A stretch of 64,000 nucleotides of DNA from Escherichia phage ime09: sequence record NC_019503.1, one strand, 5' to 3'. The position numbers and the translations under genes are program-made. The notes under the pieces are model-generated. The model had not been told where the DNA came from, searched no databases, and was given only the letters and a program-made list of their open reading frames with translations. Positions 31,347 to 43,023 of the stretch are shown here, piece after piece. Position 1 is the first letter of the stretch. Each line of letters opens with the position of its first letter.

Positions 31347-31840
31347 AAAGTTTTAATAACCTCTATAATATCGTCTTGAGAAAGACCGTTAATTAAAATA
31401 TGATGTTCAGCCGGAGATTTAGAAATTTTAAAGCATGCCTCAACATCTTCTGCCATATCCGATGCGCTACGATTTGGATTACTAATTCCAAGACGGTGTT
31501 TTCCCGTCAAAGGATTAACGATGATATAGCATTTACAATTATTGATATGAACATTAGGTTGAGTCTGATTAATGAACACATCACAATCATATTTCGCAAG
31601 CTGATTTTCTAAAAAGACTTTCATCTCCTCAACCGCATCAGGAAGCATATCACGGGCTTGCTCAAGACGACGATTTCGATATTCTTTAATGGTCGTTTTC
31701 CGCTTGACTTGCTTAGCTAAATCTTTCTTAAGATCGGTGATATATCCAACTCGACGATTTCCTTTAAATACAGAAATCCCATCTGTAGTATCACCGTATG
31801 CTTCAACGACCATTTCAGTAGTAATAAGCTGTAAATCCAT
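31337..31840 (-). CDS. alc: Probable Alc (host transcription unfolding/termination protein)
   Basis: 167 aa from the second ATG (AGGA RBS 7 nt upstream); position between the pseT.x genes and rnlA. Confidence 0.65.
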   Translation of the reverse strand: MDLQLITTEMVVEAYGDTTDGISVFKGNRRVGYITDLKKDLAKQVKRKTTIKEYRNRRLEQARDMLPDAVEEMKVFLENQLAKYDCDVFINQTQPNVHINNCKCYIIVNPLTGKHRLGISNPNRSASDMAEDVEACFKISKSPAEHHILINGLSQDDIIEVIKTLCN

Positions 31841-31847
31841 CATAAAG

Positions 31848-31901
31848 TCCTCATGTTATGTCAGTAAGACTACTGTAACACAACACGAGGGACTTGTAAA
31901 C
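31848..31901 (-). promoter_or_regulatory. Early-promoter/leader element copy B with a hairpin overlapping the alc Shine-Dalgarno
   Basis: Near-identical to 16238-16291; GTTTAC -35 at 31896-31901 (minus); arms 31849-31861 and 31878-31890. Confidence 0.55.
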
Positions 31902-31904
31902 AGC

Positions 31905-33492
<1,588 letters not shown>

Positions 33493-33519
33493 AATAAAAT
33501 GGGCCTTGCGGCCCACTCC

Positions 33520-34689
33520 TTAAAAATATTTTTTAAAACTCATCATAACTTTATCATCAACATCATTATCAATCTGTGCTACAAGGTAAGATGACAGTTC
33601 TACTTCTTGTGGCGCGGATTGAACATTATCAGAATTAAGATATTCACGAATCCAAGGATATGGATGTTTAACCGGAGCATCAGTAATTGGGCATGGAAGA
33701 CCACACTGTTTCATACGAGATACAGTTAAGTAATCAATAAAGCTCCACATGCTATTTGTATTTAATCCAGGAACATCGCCATCTTTAAATAAATGAACTG
33801 CCCAGTCTTTTTCTTGACGGTTAACTTCCATGAAAATATCAACTGCTTCTTGTTCACACTCTTGGGCGATTTTAACCCATTCATCACCATCAGTGCCAAG
33901 TTGAAGTTGACGAATAATATATTGGGTGCCTTTAAGATGAAGCTGCTCATCACGTGCAATGAACTTCATAATCTTGGCATTACCTTCCATGATTTCCATG
34001 TTCTTATGGAAGTTAAAGGTACATGCGAAAGATACATAAAAACGAATAGCTTCCAATGCGTTGATTACATGCAAGCAGAGGTAAAGAGATTTCATTAGCG
34101 CTCGTTTAGTACATTCAACAACTTTGCCTAGCTCTTCTTTACGAAATCCTTCTGATAAAATTCCTTCATAATCTTCAACCGCATTCTGGTATTCACGAGT
34201 CTTAACTAGAACATCATCGTAATAGCGACCAATGGACTCGGCACGTTTCATAATAGCTTTATCTAATACAATCTCATCAAACACCTTTGACGGATCAGTA
34301 TAAAGATTTCGCATAATATGAGTGTATGAACGACTGTGAATAGTTTCACTAAAAGTCCATGTAGCAACCCATGTATCAAGGCTTGGGTCTGAAATTAATG
34401 ACATAAGTACAGCAGACGGTGCACGACCCTGAATGCTATCCAAAAGTGATTGATACTTCAGGTTATTAGTAAAAATATCTTGCTGATACTGAGGAAGCTT
34501 GTTAAATTGTGCAGCATCCATCATCAAGTTTACTTCTTCAGGACGCCAGAAAAATGACAACTGTTTTTCGGTTAAATCTTCAAAAACTTTATGGCGTTGA
34601 ATATCATAACGCGCAATACCAAGACCTGAACCGAAGAACATAGGTTCTTTTAAAACATCAACTGGATTTGTATTAAAAACTGTGCTCAT
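33520..34689 (-). CDS. nrdB: Ribonucleotide reductase small subunit, uninterrupted (no intron)
   Basis: 389-aa continuous ORF with the di-iron ligand pattern; T4 nrdB carries a group I intron, but here the ORF is intact. Confidence 0.9.
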   Translation of the reverse strand: MSTVFNTNPVDVLKEPMFFGSGLGIARYDIQRHKVFEDLTEKQLSFFWRPEEVNLMMDAAQFNKLPQYQQDIFTNNLKYQSLLDSIQGRAPSAVLMSLISDPSLDTWVATWTFSETIHSRSYTHIMRNLYTDPSKVFDEIVLDKAIMKRAESIGRYYDDVLVKTREYQNAVEDYEGILSEGFRKEELGKVVECTKRALMKSLYLCLHVINALEAIRFYVSFACTFNFHKNMEIMEGNAKIMKFIARDEQLHLKGTQYIIRQLQLGTDGDEWVKIAQECEQEAVDIFMEVNRQEKDWAVHLFKDGDVPGLNTNSMWSFIDYLTVSRMKQCGLPCPITDAPVKHPYPWIREYLNSDNVQSAPQEVELSSYLVAQIDNDVDDKVMMSFKKYF

Positions 34690-34740
34690 AAATTTTCCGC
34701 TTAGTTAATAGATAGTGACTCGTCCGTGAGTCAAATTATA

Positions 34741-37005
34741 TCATAATTTACAGGATGAACAATCTTCAGCTTTTGGAGTTTCTATTTCATAATCATCAGT
34801 ACCAGAACCGTCACGGGTATTATGATAATAGAAATTTTTTCCGCCAAAATACCAAAAATATAAAAGGTCATCAATCATTATTGACATTGGAACCTTTCCT
34901 TTTGGAAAAATCTGCGGGTCATAATATGTATTCGCTGAAGCTGATTGACACACCCATTTAAGCATAATAGCTACCTGCGTAAGATAAGGTTTATTACCCT
35001 TCTTAGCTAATTTCCATGTATAATCATAGAGGTCTATGTTGTGCTCAATATTGGGCACGACTTGATTAAATGAACCTTCTTTAGATTCTTTAACACTTAC
35101 TGGACCGCGTGGTGGCTCGATGCCGTTGGTAGAGTTAGATACCTGACTTGACGATTCACAAGGCATAAGGGCCGAGAGTGTACTGTTACGGATTCCATAA
35201 GTTCTGATTTCAGAACGGAGTGCTTCCCAATCACAAACATAAGCGGGCGCAGCGATTTGGTCAATCTTTTTATTGTACCAGTCGATAGGTAATTCGCCTC
35301 GAGACCAACGAGTGTCTGAATAATATTCGCAAGGTCCTTTTTCTTTGGCGAGCTTAATGGATGCTTTAATGAGTCCATACTGTAATCTCTCAAATAGTTC
35401 ATGTGTTAAATCGTTAGCATCTTCATAAGAAGCAAAATTACTTGCCAGCCAAGCTGCATAGTTAGTAACACCTACGCCAAGGTTTCGACGCTTTTTAGCT
35501 TTTTCTGCTTCAGGAACCGGATATCCTTGGTAATCTAAAAGATTATCAAGAGCACGAACTTGGACTTCTGCCAATTCATTAATTTTATCTTGGTCTTGCC
35601 AATCGAAGTTATCTAGCACAAATGCAGATAACGTGCACAATCCAATTTCAGCATCAGGACTATTCACATCATTTGTTGGAATAGCAATTTCACAGCACAA
35701 GTTGCTCTGACGAATAGGTGCCTTTTCACGAATAAATGGCGTATAGTTATTCGTATTATCAATGAACTGCACATAAATCCTTGCTGTTCCTGAGCGTTCA
35801 GTCATGAGCAATTCAAACAGTTCACGGGCTTTAATGCGCTTTTTACGAATATTAGGGTCTTTTTCTGCGGCTTCGTATAATTCACGGAAACGGTCTTGGT
35901 CTTTAAAATAAGAATAATAAAGCTCGCCACCCATTTCATGCGGACTGAACAAAGTAATGTAATCATTCTTTCCGAATCGTTCCATCATTAGGTCATTCAG
36001 TTGAACGCCATAATCCATATGACGGATACGGTTTTCTTCTACACCTTTGTTATTTTTCAAAACGAGAAGATTTTCAACTTCCAAATGCCAAATAGGATAA
36101 TAAGCAGTAGCAGCGCCGCCACGAATTCCACCCTGTGAACATGATTTAACAGCAGTCTGAAAATGTTTCCAAAAAGGAATAACACCAGTATGACGTACTT
36201 CACCTGTACCAATCTTAGAACCTTCGGCACGAATCATACCAACGTTAATACCAATTCCAGCGCGTTTGGAGATATATTCAACAATTGAAGCAGAAGCCTT
36301 ATTGATAGACTTTAATGAATCACCTGCTTCAATAACAACGCATGAACTAAACTGCCGAGTTGGAGTACGGCAACCAGCCATAATAGGAGTTGGCAGTGAA
36401 ATCTGTCGAGTAGATACTGCTTCATAAAAACGGATAACGTGTTTTAATCTATCAACAGGTTCATCTTGATGTAATGCCATTCCAATAGTCATAAATGCAA
36501 ACTGCGGAGTTTCATAAATTTGACCAGTGGTTTTATCTTTAACTAGATATTTTTCTTTTAATTGCATCGCTCCGGAATAAGTAAATTCCATATCCCGCTC
36601 ATGCTTAATTTTTGATTCTAAAAATGTAATTTCTTCAGCAGAATATTTTGACAATAGTTCAGGGTCATATTTACCTTCATTTACACAGTAAGAAATATGG
36701 TCAATAAATGAACGTGGTTCATACTGCCCGTAAACATGCTTACGAAGAGCGAACATTAAACAGCGTGCAGCTACATATTGATAATCAGGCTCTTCAACTG
36801 AAATAGAATTCGCAGCAGCCTTAATGACAATAGTCTGAATGTCATCAGTTGTCATTCCATCACGGAGATATGATTTAATATTTTCATATAATTCATAAGG
36901 ATCTACAGATGTTCCTTCAGCTGCCCAAGATAAAACTTTAATAATTTTTTGCGGGTCAAAGCTCTGAGAAACACCACTACTTTTGATAACATTAATTAAT
37001 TGCAT
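34741..37005 (-). CDS. nrdA: Ribonucleotide reductase large subunit
   Basis: 754 aa as in T4; class Ia RNR motifs. Confidence 0.95.
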   Translation of the reverse strand: MQLINVIKSSGVSQSFDPQKIIKVLSWAAEGTSVDPYELYENIKSYLRDGMTTDDIQTIVIKAAANSISVEEPDYQYVAARCLMFALRKHVYGQYEPRSFIDHISYCVNEGKYDPELLSKYSAEEITFLESKIKHERDMEFTYSGAMQLKEKYLVKDKTTGQIYETPQFAFMTIGMALHQDEPVDRLKHVIRFYEAVSTRQISLPTPIMAGCRTPTRQFSSCVVIEAGDSLKSINKASASIVEYISKRAGIGINVGMIRAEGSKIGTGEVRHTGVIPFWKHFQTAVKSCSQGGIRGGAATAYYPIWHLEVENLLVLKNNKGVEENRIRHMDYGVQLNDLMMERFGKNDYITLFSPHEMGGELYYSYFKDQDRFRELYEAAEKDPNIRKKRIKARELFELLMTERSGTARIYVQFIDNTNNYTPFIREKAPIRQSNLCCEIAIPTNDVNSPDAEIGLCTLSAFVLDNFDWQDQDKINELAEVQVRALDNLLDYQGYPVPEAEKAKKRRNLGVGVTNYAAWLASNFASYEDANDLTHELFERLQYGLIKASIKLAKEKGPCEYYSDTRWSRGELPIDWYNKKIDQIAAPAYVCDWEALRSEIRTYGIRNSTLSALMPCESSSQVSNSTNGIEPPRGPVSVKESKEGSFNQVVPNIEHNIDLYDYTWKLAKKGNKPYLTQVAIMLKWVCQSASANTYYDPQIFPKGKVPMSIMIDDLLYFWYFGGKNFYYHNTRDGSGTDDYEIETPKAEDCSSCKL

Positions 37006-37322
37006 AAGTCCTCAACTTGAAAATCGTCTTTAAACAATCGGTTAACTATATGAGCTATTATATCACCATGACACGGCTTTGGTTTACATGTGCATCCTAG
37101 CCTCATTCCACGTAAAGGCTCTAAATGTGATTTAGTTATTTCTCCGGATTTAATTCGACGTATAAAATCTTTTTTGAATAATTCAATGGCAGCCTCCCGG
37201 CTGCCAGCATCTTTACCGACGTAATTTCCCCAAAATGTACCACGGTGAATATTAACATCAAAGTCGGATTTATATTTATTCACTACCTGGCATAGACGGC
37301 CCACGCGGTAATAATTCGTCAT
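36996..37322 (-). CDS. Hypothetical protein (nrdA.1 position)
   Basis: 108-aa ORF; Cys/His-containing segment [11 protein letters not shown]. Confidence 0.5.
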   Translation of the reverse strand: MTNYYRVGRLCQVVNKYKSDFDVNIHRGTFWGNYVGKDAGSREAAIELFKKDFIRRIKSGEITKSHLEPLRGMRLGCTCKPKPCHGDIIAHIVNRLFKDDFQVEDLCN

Positions 37323-37551
37323 ATTGTTGTTCCGTTAAAACAGTAATATCATAGTAGCAATCAGAAGAAGTTTTAACTGTGGAAATTTTATTATCAAAAT
37401 ACTCACGAGTCATTTTATGAGTATAATACTTTTTACCATAAATGATAATAGGTTGTTCTGGTCCTGGAACTTCTAACTCGCTTGGATTAGGAAGTGTAAA
37501 AAGAACGACACCAGAAGTATCCTTAAATCGTAAAATCATATATCCTCTCAA
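37276..37551 (-). CDS. Hypothetical protein (nrdA.2 position)
   Basis: 91-aa ORF. Confidence 0.5.
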   Translation of the reverse strand: MRGYMILRFKDTSGVVLFTLPNPSELEVPGPEQPIIIYGKKYYTHKMTREYFDNKISTVKTSSDCYYDITVLTEQQYDELLPRGPSMPGSE

Positions 37552-37562
37552 TTAAATTAAAA

Positions 37563-38423
37563 TTACACCGCCATCTTTCCTTTCAATACACCGTGGGACT
37601 GATAATCTTTGAGAACGAAATCCCGTGCTGTCATATATTCAGTTAACCAATACATTTGAGTTTCAGTATCGCATTGACTGAATCCATTAGGCCAATTAAT
37701 ACTGAGTTTGCATAGATCCATAGGAGTTCTATTTAATATCTCTTTGCATTGCTCAATATGGTTAGAATAAATGTGTGTATTACCACCCGAGAATACCAAA
37801 TCGCCCGGAACTAGTTCACACATATCAGCAACAATATGTAAAAGAGCAGCATAACTCGCGATGTTAAATGGAAGACCGAGGAAAACATCTACCGAACGTT
37901 GATACCATTGGAGGTCAAGGTATCCATTACGCACATTAAACTGATAGAACATATGACAAGGTGGTAATGCCATCTGCTTGAGTTCAGCTGGATTCCATGC
38001 CGACACAATTTGACGTCTATCATTGGGAAATGTTTTAATACGATTAACAACTTCTACAATTTGATCTACACCACCAAAATCACGCCACTGTTTTCCGTAA
38101 ATTGGACCAAGTTCACCGCTATGATAACCTAAGTCTTTGGCCTGGTTTTCGTAGTTTTCATCCCAAATTGTTTTTCCTGCAATTAAAGATCCATGAGTAC
38201 GTTGACGTAAATCATTTACGTTAGTACTTCCTGATAAGAACCACAATAACTCAGAAATACATGCATTCCAGGCGAGCTTCTTAGTCGTTACTGCAGGAAA
38301 ACCTTTAGTTAAATCCCAGCGTAATTTAGTACCGAACAAAGCAATTGTTCCTGTGCCTGTTCGGTCATCAGTTTCATAGCCGTTTTCAAAAATGTCTTTA
38401 ATTAAATCTTGGTATTGTTTCAT
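37563..38423 (-). CDS. td: Thymidylate synthase, uninterrupted (no intron)
   Basis: 286 aa as in T4; catalytic-Cys motif PPCH; continuous reading frame. Confidence 0.95.
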   Translation of the reverse strand: MKQYQDLIKDIFENGYETDDRTGTGTIALFGTKLRWDLTKGFPAVTTKKLAWNACISELLWFLSGSTNVNDLRQRTHGSLIAGKTIWDENYENQAKDLGYHSGELGPIYGKQWRDFGGVDQIVEVVNRIKTFPNDRRQIVSAWNPAELKQMALPPCHMFYQFNVRNGYLDLQWYQRSVDVFLGLPFNIASYAALLHIVADMCELVPGDLVFSGGNTHIYSNHIEQCKEILNRTPMDLCKLSINWPNGFSQCDTETQMYWLTEYMTARDFVLKDYQSHGVLKGKMAV

Positions 38424-38468
38424 TTAGTACCTTATATAAATTATAAATATATTTTATGAAGCTAATAA

Positions 38469-38828
38469 TCAATACGGTTTAGCATCAAATTTTCTTTCAA
38501 TTTCAGGCGTAAAATACAATTCTTTACCACGCTTGGAAAAGCGACCAATAATATGATAATTATTCTCATCAAACGTGATATTGCCAATATCCATAGCTTT
38601 CAACCAAATATCGATATTTCTGTCAAGCTTTATATCAAAATTCCAGTATTGAGAACTATTACCAAAAATAATGCAAGCGGATTCAGTGAAACAACTGCTA
38701 TAAATCTTGTCTTTAGGAACTACTAATTGATAGACGCCTTTAATAAACTGAGGACCCTGCCATTTTGGTTGTTTCGCGTCTTTTTCTAATAGAATAGGGT
38801 AATAATTAAAATTCATATTTTCCGCCAC
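38469..38828 (-). CDS. Hypothetical 119-aa protein inserted between frd and td
   Basis: Compact ORF on the same strand filling the ~400-bp gap; no motif recognised. Confidence 0.5.
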   Translation of the reverse strand: MAENMNFNYYPILLEKDAKQPKWQGPQFIKGVYQLVVPKDKIYSSCFTESACIIFGNSSQYWNFDIKLDRNIDIWLKAMDIGNITFDENNYHIIGRFSKRGKELYFTPEIERKFDAKPY

Positions 38829-38836
38829 GTGTTATT

Positions 38837-39663
<827 letters not shown>

Positions 39664-39673
39664 ATTATTTTCC

Positions 39674-39916
39674 TTAAACAGACTTTTTCACAATTTTCCA
39701 ATCAGCTTTAAACTGTTCAACATCAGAATGGTAAATCCAGAATCCTGCGCTTTCTCCATCCTCATAAAGAGGGCATCCATCACATTCATCTTCCCATCCC
39801 ATATCACGCAAAAGACGTTCAGCTTTTTCAACAAGTTCAGAATCTTTACCGATGATATTAAAATACCATTTACCTCTAACTTCTGAATCTTTAATGCTCT
39901 GACGTTGTAATCTCAT
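39674..39916 (-). CDS. Hypothetical protein (frd.2 position)
   Basis: 80-aa ORF; early-promoter-like element at about 39935-39975. Confidence 0.5.
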   Translation of the reverse strand: MRLQRQSIKDSEVRGKWYFNIIGKDSELVEKAERLLRDMGWEDECDGCPLYEDGESAGFWIYHSDVEQFKADWKIVKKSV

Positions 39917-39970
39917 TTTATTCTCCTTAGTTGATAGGGTAATAGTATCACACTACTACCCTTCTGTAAA

Positions 39971-40351
39971 CTACTTTTTGAAAGTTTTTCGCAAAAGTTC
40001 AATGATTTCATCTACATTGTTTTCGTCTACAACGCAGTGAATTTTTGTTACGCCAGAAACCTTGTCTTTGACTTCATCTTCTTCAGAAGTCGGTTCTTTA
40101 TACTCGCGAAAACAATGAAATTCATCTTCGCAAATTTCTAAAAGTCTATCTTTGAGGTAAAAATGCTTTCCATTAGCACATTCAATATGTTTTACCGCTT
40201 TAAATCCATTAGCAAAGAAAACTTCTTTAACTTCAAACCATCCGCCATTTTCTCGAATAATTTTAACTATTGACGCGTTGGATCGTGGGCTATAATTAAT
40301 AAATGTATCAATAAGTCTTGGAACAAGTTCATACTTTTTGCCAATATACAT
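39971..40351 (-). CDS. Hypothetical protein (frd.3 position)
   Basis: 126-aa ORF. Confidence 0.5.
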   Translation of the reverse strand: MYIGKKYELVPRLIDTFINYSPRSNASIVKIIRENGGWFEVKEVFFANGFKAVKHIECANGKHFYLKDRLLEICEDEFHCFREYKEPTSEEDEVKDKVSGVTKIHCVVDENNVDEIIELLRKTFKK

Positions 40352-40395
40352 TACGTTTTCCTCATTTTAACGGGGCTGTAATAGCCCCTTGATAA

Positions 40396-40647
40396 TTATT
40401 GTTCAATCAATCCCATATAAAATTCTGCGTCTTCAGAATCCATGCCGTCACAATACTCATTAGCCATAAAGCGGGTGAGGTCTTCAAGAGGACCTTCAAT
40501 GACAATAGAAAAATTGCAATAATTGGGATCATCGTGAATACTTGTGATACTAAGTTCAGGATAACGATTACGAATAATTTCTTCAATATATTCAAAATCA
40601 ACGATGTCAATATCAACTTTAGCCATATTATTTTCCTCTTTAATCAT
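40396..40647 (-). CDS. Hypothetical acidic protein
   Basis: 83-aa ORF preceded by an early-promoter cassette. Confidence 0.5.
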   Translation of the reverse strand: MIKEENNMAKVDIDIVDFEYIEEIIRNRYPELSITSIHDDPNYCNFSIVIEGPLEDLTRFMANEYCDGMDSEDAEFYMGLIEQ

Positions 40648-40660
40648 CAGCAGTATTGCC

Positions 40661-40700
40661 GATAGTTGTATAGTACCATAAAGCTTTATGCTTGTAAACC
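40661..40700 (-). promoter_or_regulatory. T4-type early promoter (GTTTAC -35; TACTATACA -10 region), cassette copy 1
   Basis: Shares a conserved block with 57895-57937 and 61925-61965, including the upstream A/T-rich UP-like tract. Confidence 0.55.
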
Positions 40701-40724
40701 GTTTTGTGAAAAAATTTTTGAAAT

Positions 40725-40752
40725 AAAAAAGGGGACCTCTAGGGTCCCCAAT
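40725..40752 (-). terminator. Terminator downstream of gene 32
   Basis: ggggacc-tctag-ggtcccc; on the minus strand it is followed by ttttttatttc. Confidence 0.7.
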
Positions 40753-40771
40753 TAATTAGTAATATAATTTA

Positions 40772-41680
40772 TTAAAGGTCATTCAAAAGGTCATCCAGGT
40801 CCGTGTCATCAGCACTAGATGAACTGCCAGAGCTTGAGCTCATAAAATCATCTTCAGTTTTTGTATTGAAGTCATCAACATTGAATGCATCCAAATCATC
40901 AGCAACTTTGTCAGCTTTCTTAGCGGCAGTTGCTGCGGCACCACCCATAGCAGCAGTTCCCATAACTTGACTGAACTTAGTGCTCAGTTCTTCAAACGAT
41001 TTGAATTTATCTTTAGAAGTCATTTCAGAAAGATCAACCATTTGTTCGAACAGTTCTTTCTGGAAAGATTCATCATCAATGTTTGGAATCGCAGATTGAT
41101 TCAGGAATTTAGATTCGTCGTAGTTACTAAAACCAGAAACTTGTTTAACTTTCAGTACAAAGTTAGCACCTTCCCACGGACAAGTTACATCAACCGGAGT
41201 TTCACCCATTTCAACATCAACTGCAATCATTGCATTGATTTTATCCCAGATTTTCTTACCGAAACGGTATTTAAATACTTTACCTTCATTTTCTGGAGCA
41301 GCTGGGTCTTTTACTACAAGAATGTTAGCCCAGTAAGAAGTTTTACGTTTAACAAGACCGTACTCTTTATTGTCAGTGTTGTACAAATCATTTTTACTGA
41401 TGTACTGACATACTGGACAAGAATCGTAATCACCGTGGGTAGATGAACAGTTTTCAATATACCATTTACCATTTTTCTTGAAACCGTGATTTACAAGAAT
41501 TGCGAATGGTGCTTGTTCATCATTTTTAGACGGAAGAAAACGAATTACTGCTTGACCGTTACCCGCATTGTCGAGTTTCAGTTTCCACTCGCCTTTATCT
41601 TCAGAAGAAAAACCACCTTTATTTCCAGCCAGTTTAGCCATTTGTGCAGCGAGTTCAGCAGTAGATTTACGTTTAAACAT
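40772..41680 (-). CDS. 32: Single-stranded DNA-binding protein gp32
   Basis: 302 aa; zinc-binding H-x-C-x-C-x-C region and acidic Ser/Asp-rich C-terminal tail. Confidence 0.95.
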   Translation of the reverse strand: MFKRKSTAELAAQMAKLAGNKGGFSSEDKGEWKLKLDNAGNGQAVIRFLPSKNDEQAPFAILVNHGFKKNGKWYIENCSSTHGDYDSCPVCQYISKNDLYNTDNKEYGLVKRKTSYWANILVVKDPAAPENEGKVFKYRFGKKIWDKINAMIAVDVEMGETPVDVTCPWEGANFVLKVKQVSGFSNYDESKFLNQSAIPNIDDESFQKELFEQMVDLSEMTSKDKFKSFEELSTKFSQVMGTAAMGGAAATAAKKADKVADDLDAFNVDDFNTKTEDDFMSSSSGSSSSADDTDLDDLLNDL

Positions 41681-41779
41681 TTTTATTTCCTTTTTAATTT
41701 AATTAACAGTTGGTGCTATGACGATGTATGACCTCATAGCTGGTCAGTGAGATAATTATAATCTATTTATAATAAGCAA

Positions 41780-42433
41780 TTAATACTTACAAGATTTCAC
41801 AGTTTCAATAAAAATACTTTTAGCTTTCTGCGAATCAATATTTAAAATTTTTCTATAAGCCTTTAACTTTATAGAATAATTATTCCAGACTAAATTATCA
41901 GTCTGTTCATCATGTTTATCGATTATATTTAAAAACGAATCAAGCAAGATAAACGTCTCAAACGAAATTATATTCGATTGAAGTAGTTTAAAAATATAAC
42001 TCGATTGAACTTTTGGATTATACTCAAAGATTTCTTTAAAAGCAGAAACTTCAACTTTTTTACTAAAATAATAAATGTTGCGAATATCTTCTTCAAACTT
42101 AAATTTAATTTGCTTTAAGCGTCCGATATATTCACGATAAAACACAAGTGCATCAGCGTCAGAGATGTCACCAATCCAAGCATCTTGGTTAGCAACCAGA
42201 TTGCTTATAAAGATTAAAGCAAGTTCCTTTAATTTATATTTTTCTGATAACTTCTGGAAAAAATACTTATCCCTTCGCTTTTGATAAGCGGCATCAGACA
42301 CCCGCATGCACCAATTATACTTAATTACATCATACTTTCCATTCATATGTTGTTTTATCATTAAGTATAATTTATAAACTGATTTACCATCAATGTATCT
42401 TTCACCACCAGCAGGCATGCGGAGTTTAATCAT
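41780..42433 (-). CDS. 59: Helicase loader gp59
   Basis: 217 aa as in T4; synteny next to 32. Confidence 0.85.
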   Translation of the reverse strand: MIKLRMPAGGERYIDGKSVYKLYLMIKQHMNGKYDVIKYNWCMRVSDAAYQKRRDKYFFQKLSEKYKLKELALIFISNLVANQDAWIGDISDADALVFYREYIGRLKQIKFKFEEDIRNIYYFSKKVEVSAFKEIFEYNPKVQSSYIFKLLQSNIISFETFILLDSFLNIIDKHDEQTDNLVWNNYSIKLKAYRKILNIDSQKAKSIFIETVKSCKY

Positions 42434-42777
42434 AGTAGAAAATCTAATGTATTAGTTTTTTCACAACGAACAACAGAAGGACGTAAAAGATTTTCGTCGA
42501 TAGCTTCTGACTGAATTTTTTCAATTATACCCGAAGGAATAAATTTAGCAAATTGAGTTTCAGGAATAGAATTTTCTTCTAAGAATGCTGTTGTAGCTTC
42601 AAGATAACTCATTCCAAACTCTTCTACCATTTTTTCAATAATAAATCCATTTTCTTGGCGATCGAGAAGCTTTGCAATTTCATCTTTTTCTTTCTTAATT
42701 GAAAGTTCTTTTTCTGAAAGACCGGTCTCATCGACCGGACGAATATCATTTAGAGAAAACTGTGTCATAAAGTTCAA
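42430..42777 (-). CDS. 33: Late transcription co-activator gp33
   Basis: 115-aa acidic protein in the conserved position. Confidence 0.7.
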   Translation of the reverse strand: MNFMTQFSLNDIRPVDETGLSEKELSIKKEKDEIAKLLDRQENGFIIEKMVEEFGMSYLEATTAFLEENSIPETQFAKFIPSGIIEKIQSEAIDENLLRPSVVRCEKTNTLDFLL

Positions 42778-43015
42778 CTACCTCTTCAGTTTCAGCTTCA
42801 AACACATCACGGTTATCTTTATGATACAAAGCTAACAGACGATTAAACATCTTACCATCAACGCCAAGTTCATCTTTGGCACGAATTCGAATATCTTTAA
42901 TCAATTCATTATAACCAGAAATTTTCAGTTTATGATCAGATGCTTCTTTAATAAATTTAGCCAAGTCTTCGCCATGAATAGCTTCATCAAATTCAACCAT
43001 TTCTTTTTTAGCCAT
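42746..43015 (-). CDS. dsbA: dsDNA-binding protein DsbA
   Basis: 89 aa as in T4; synteny. Confidence 0.7.
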   Translation of the reverse strand: MAKKEMVEFDEAIHGEDLAKFIKEASDHKLKISGYNELIKDIRIRAKDELGVDGKMFNRLLALYHKDNRDVFEAETEEVVELYDTVFSK

Positions 43016-43023
43016 TATTCACC

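Noticed and set aside
38443-38450. TATAAATA match on the plus strand between td and the 119-aa ORF
   Set aside because: It points away from any plus-strand gene and lies in an AT-rich spacer where chance matches are expected.
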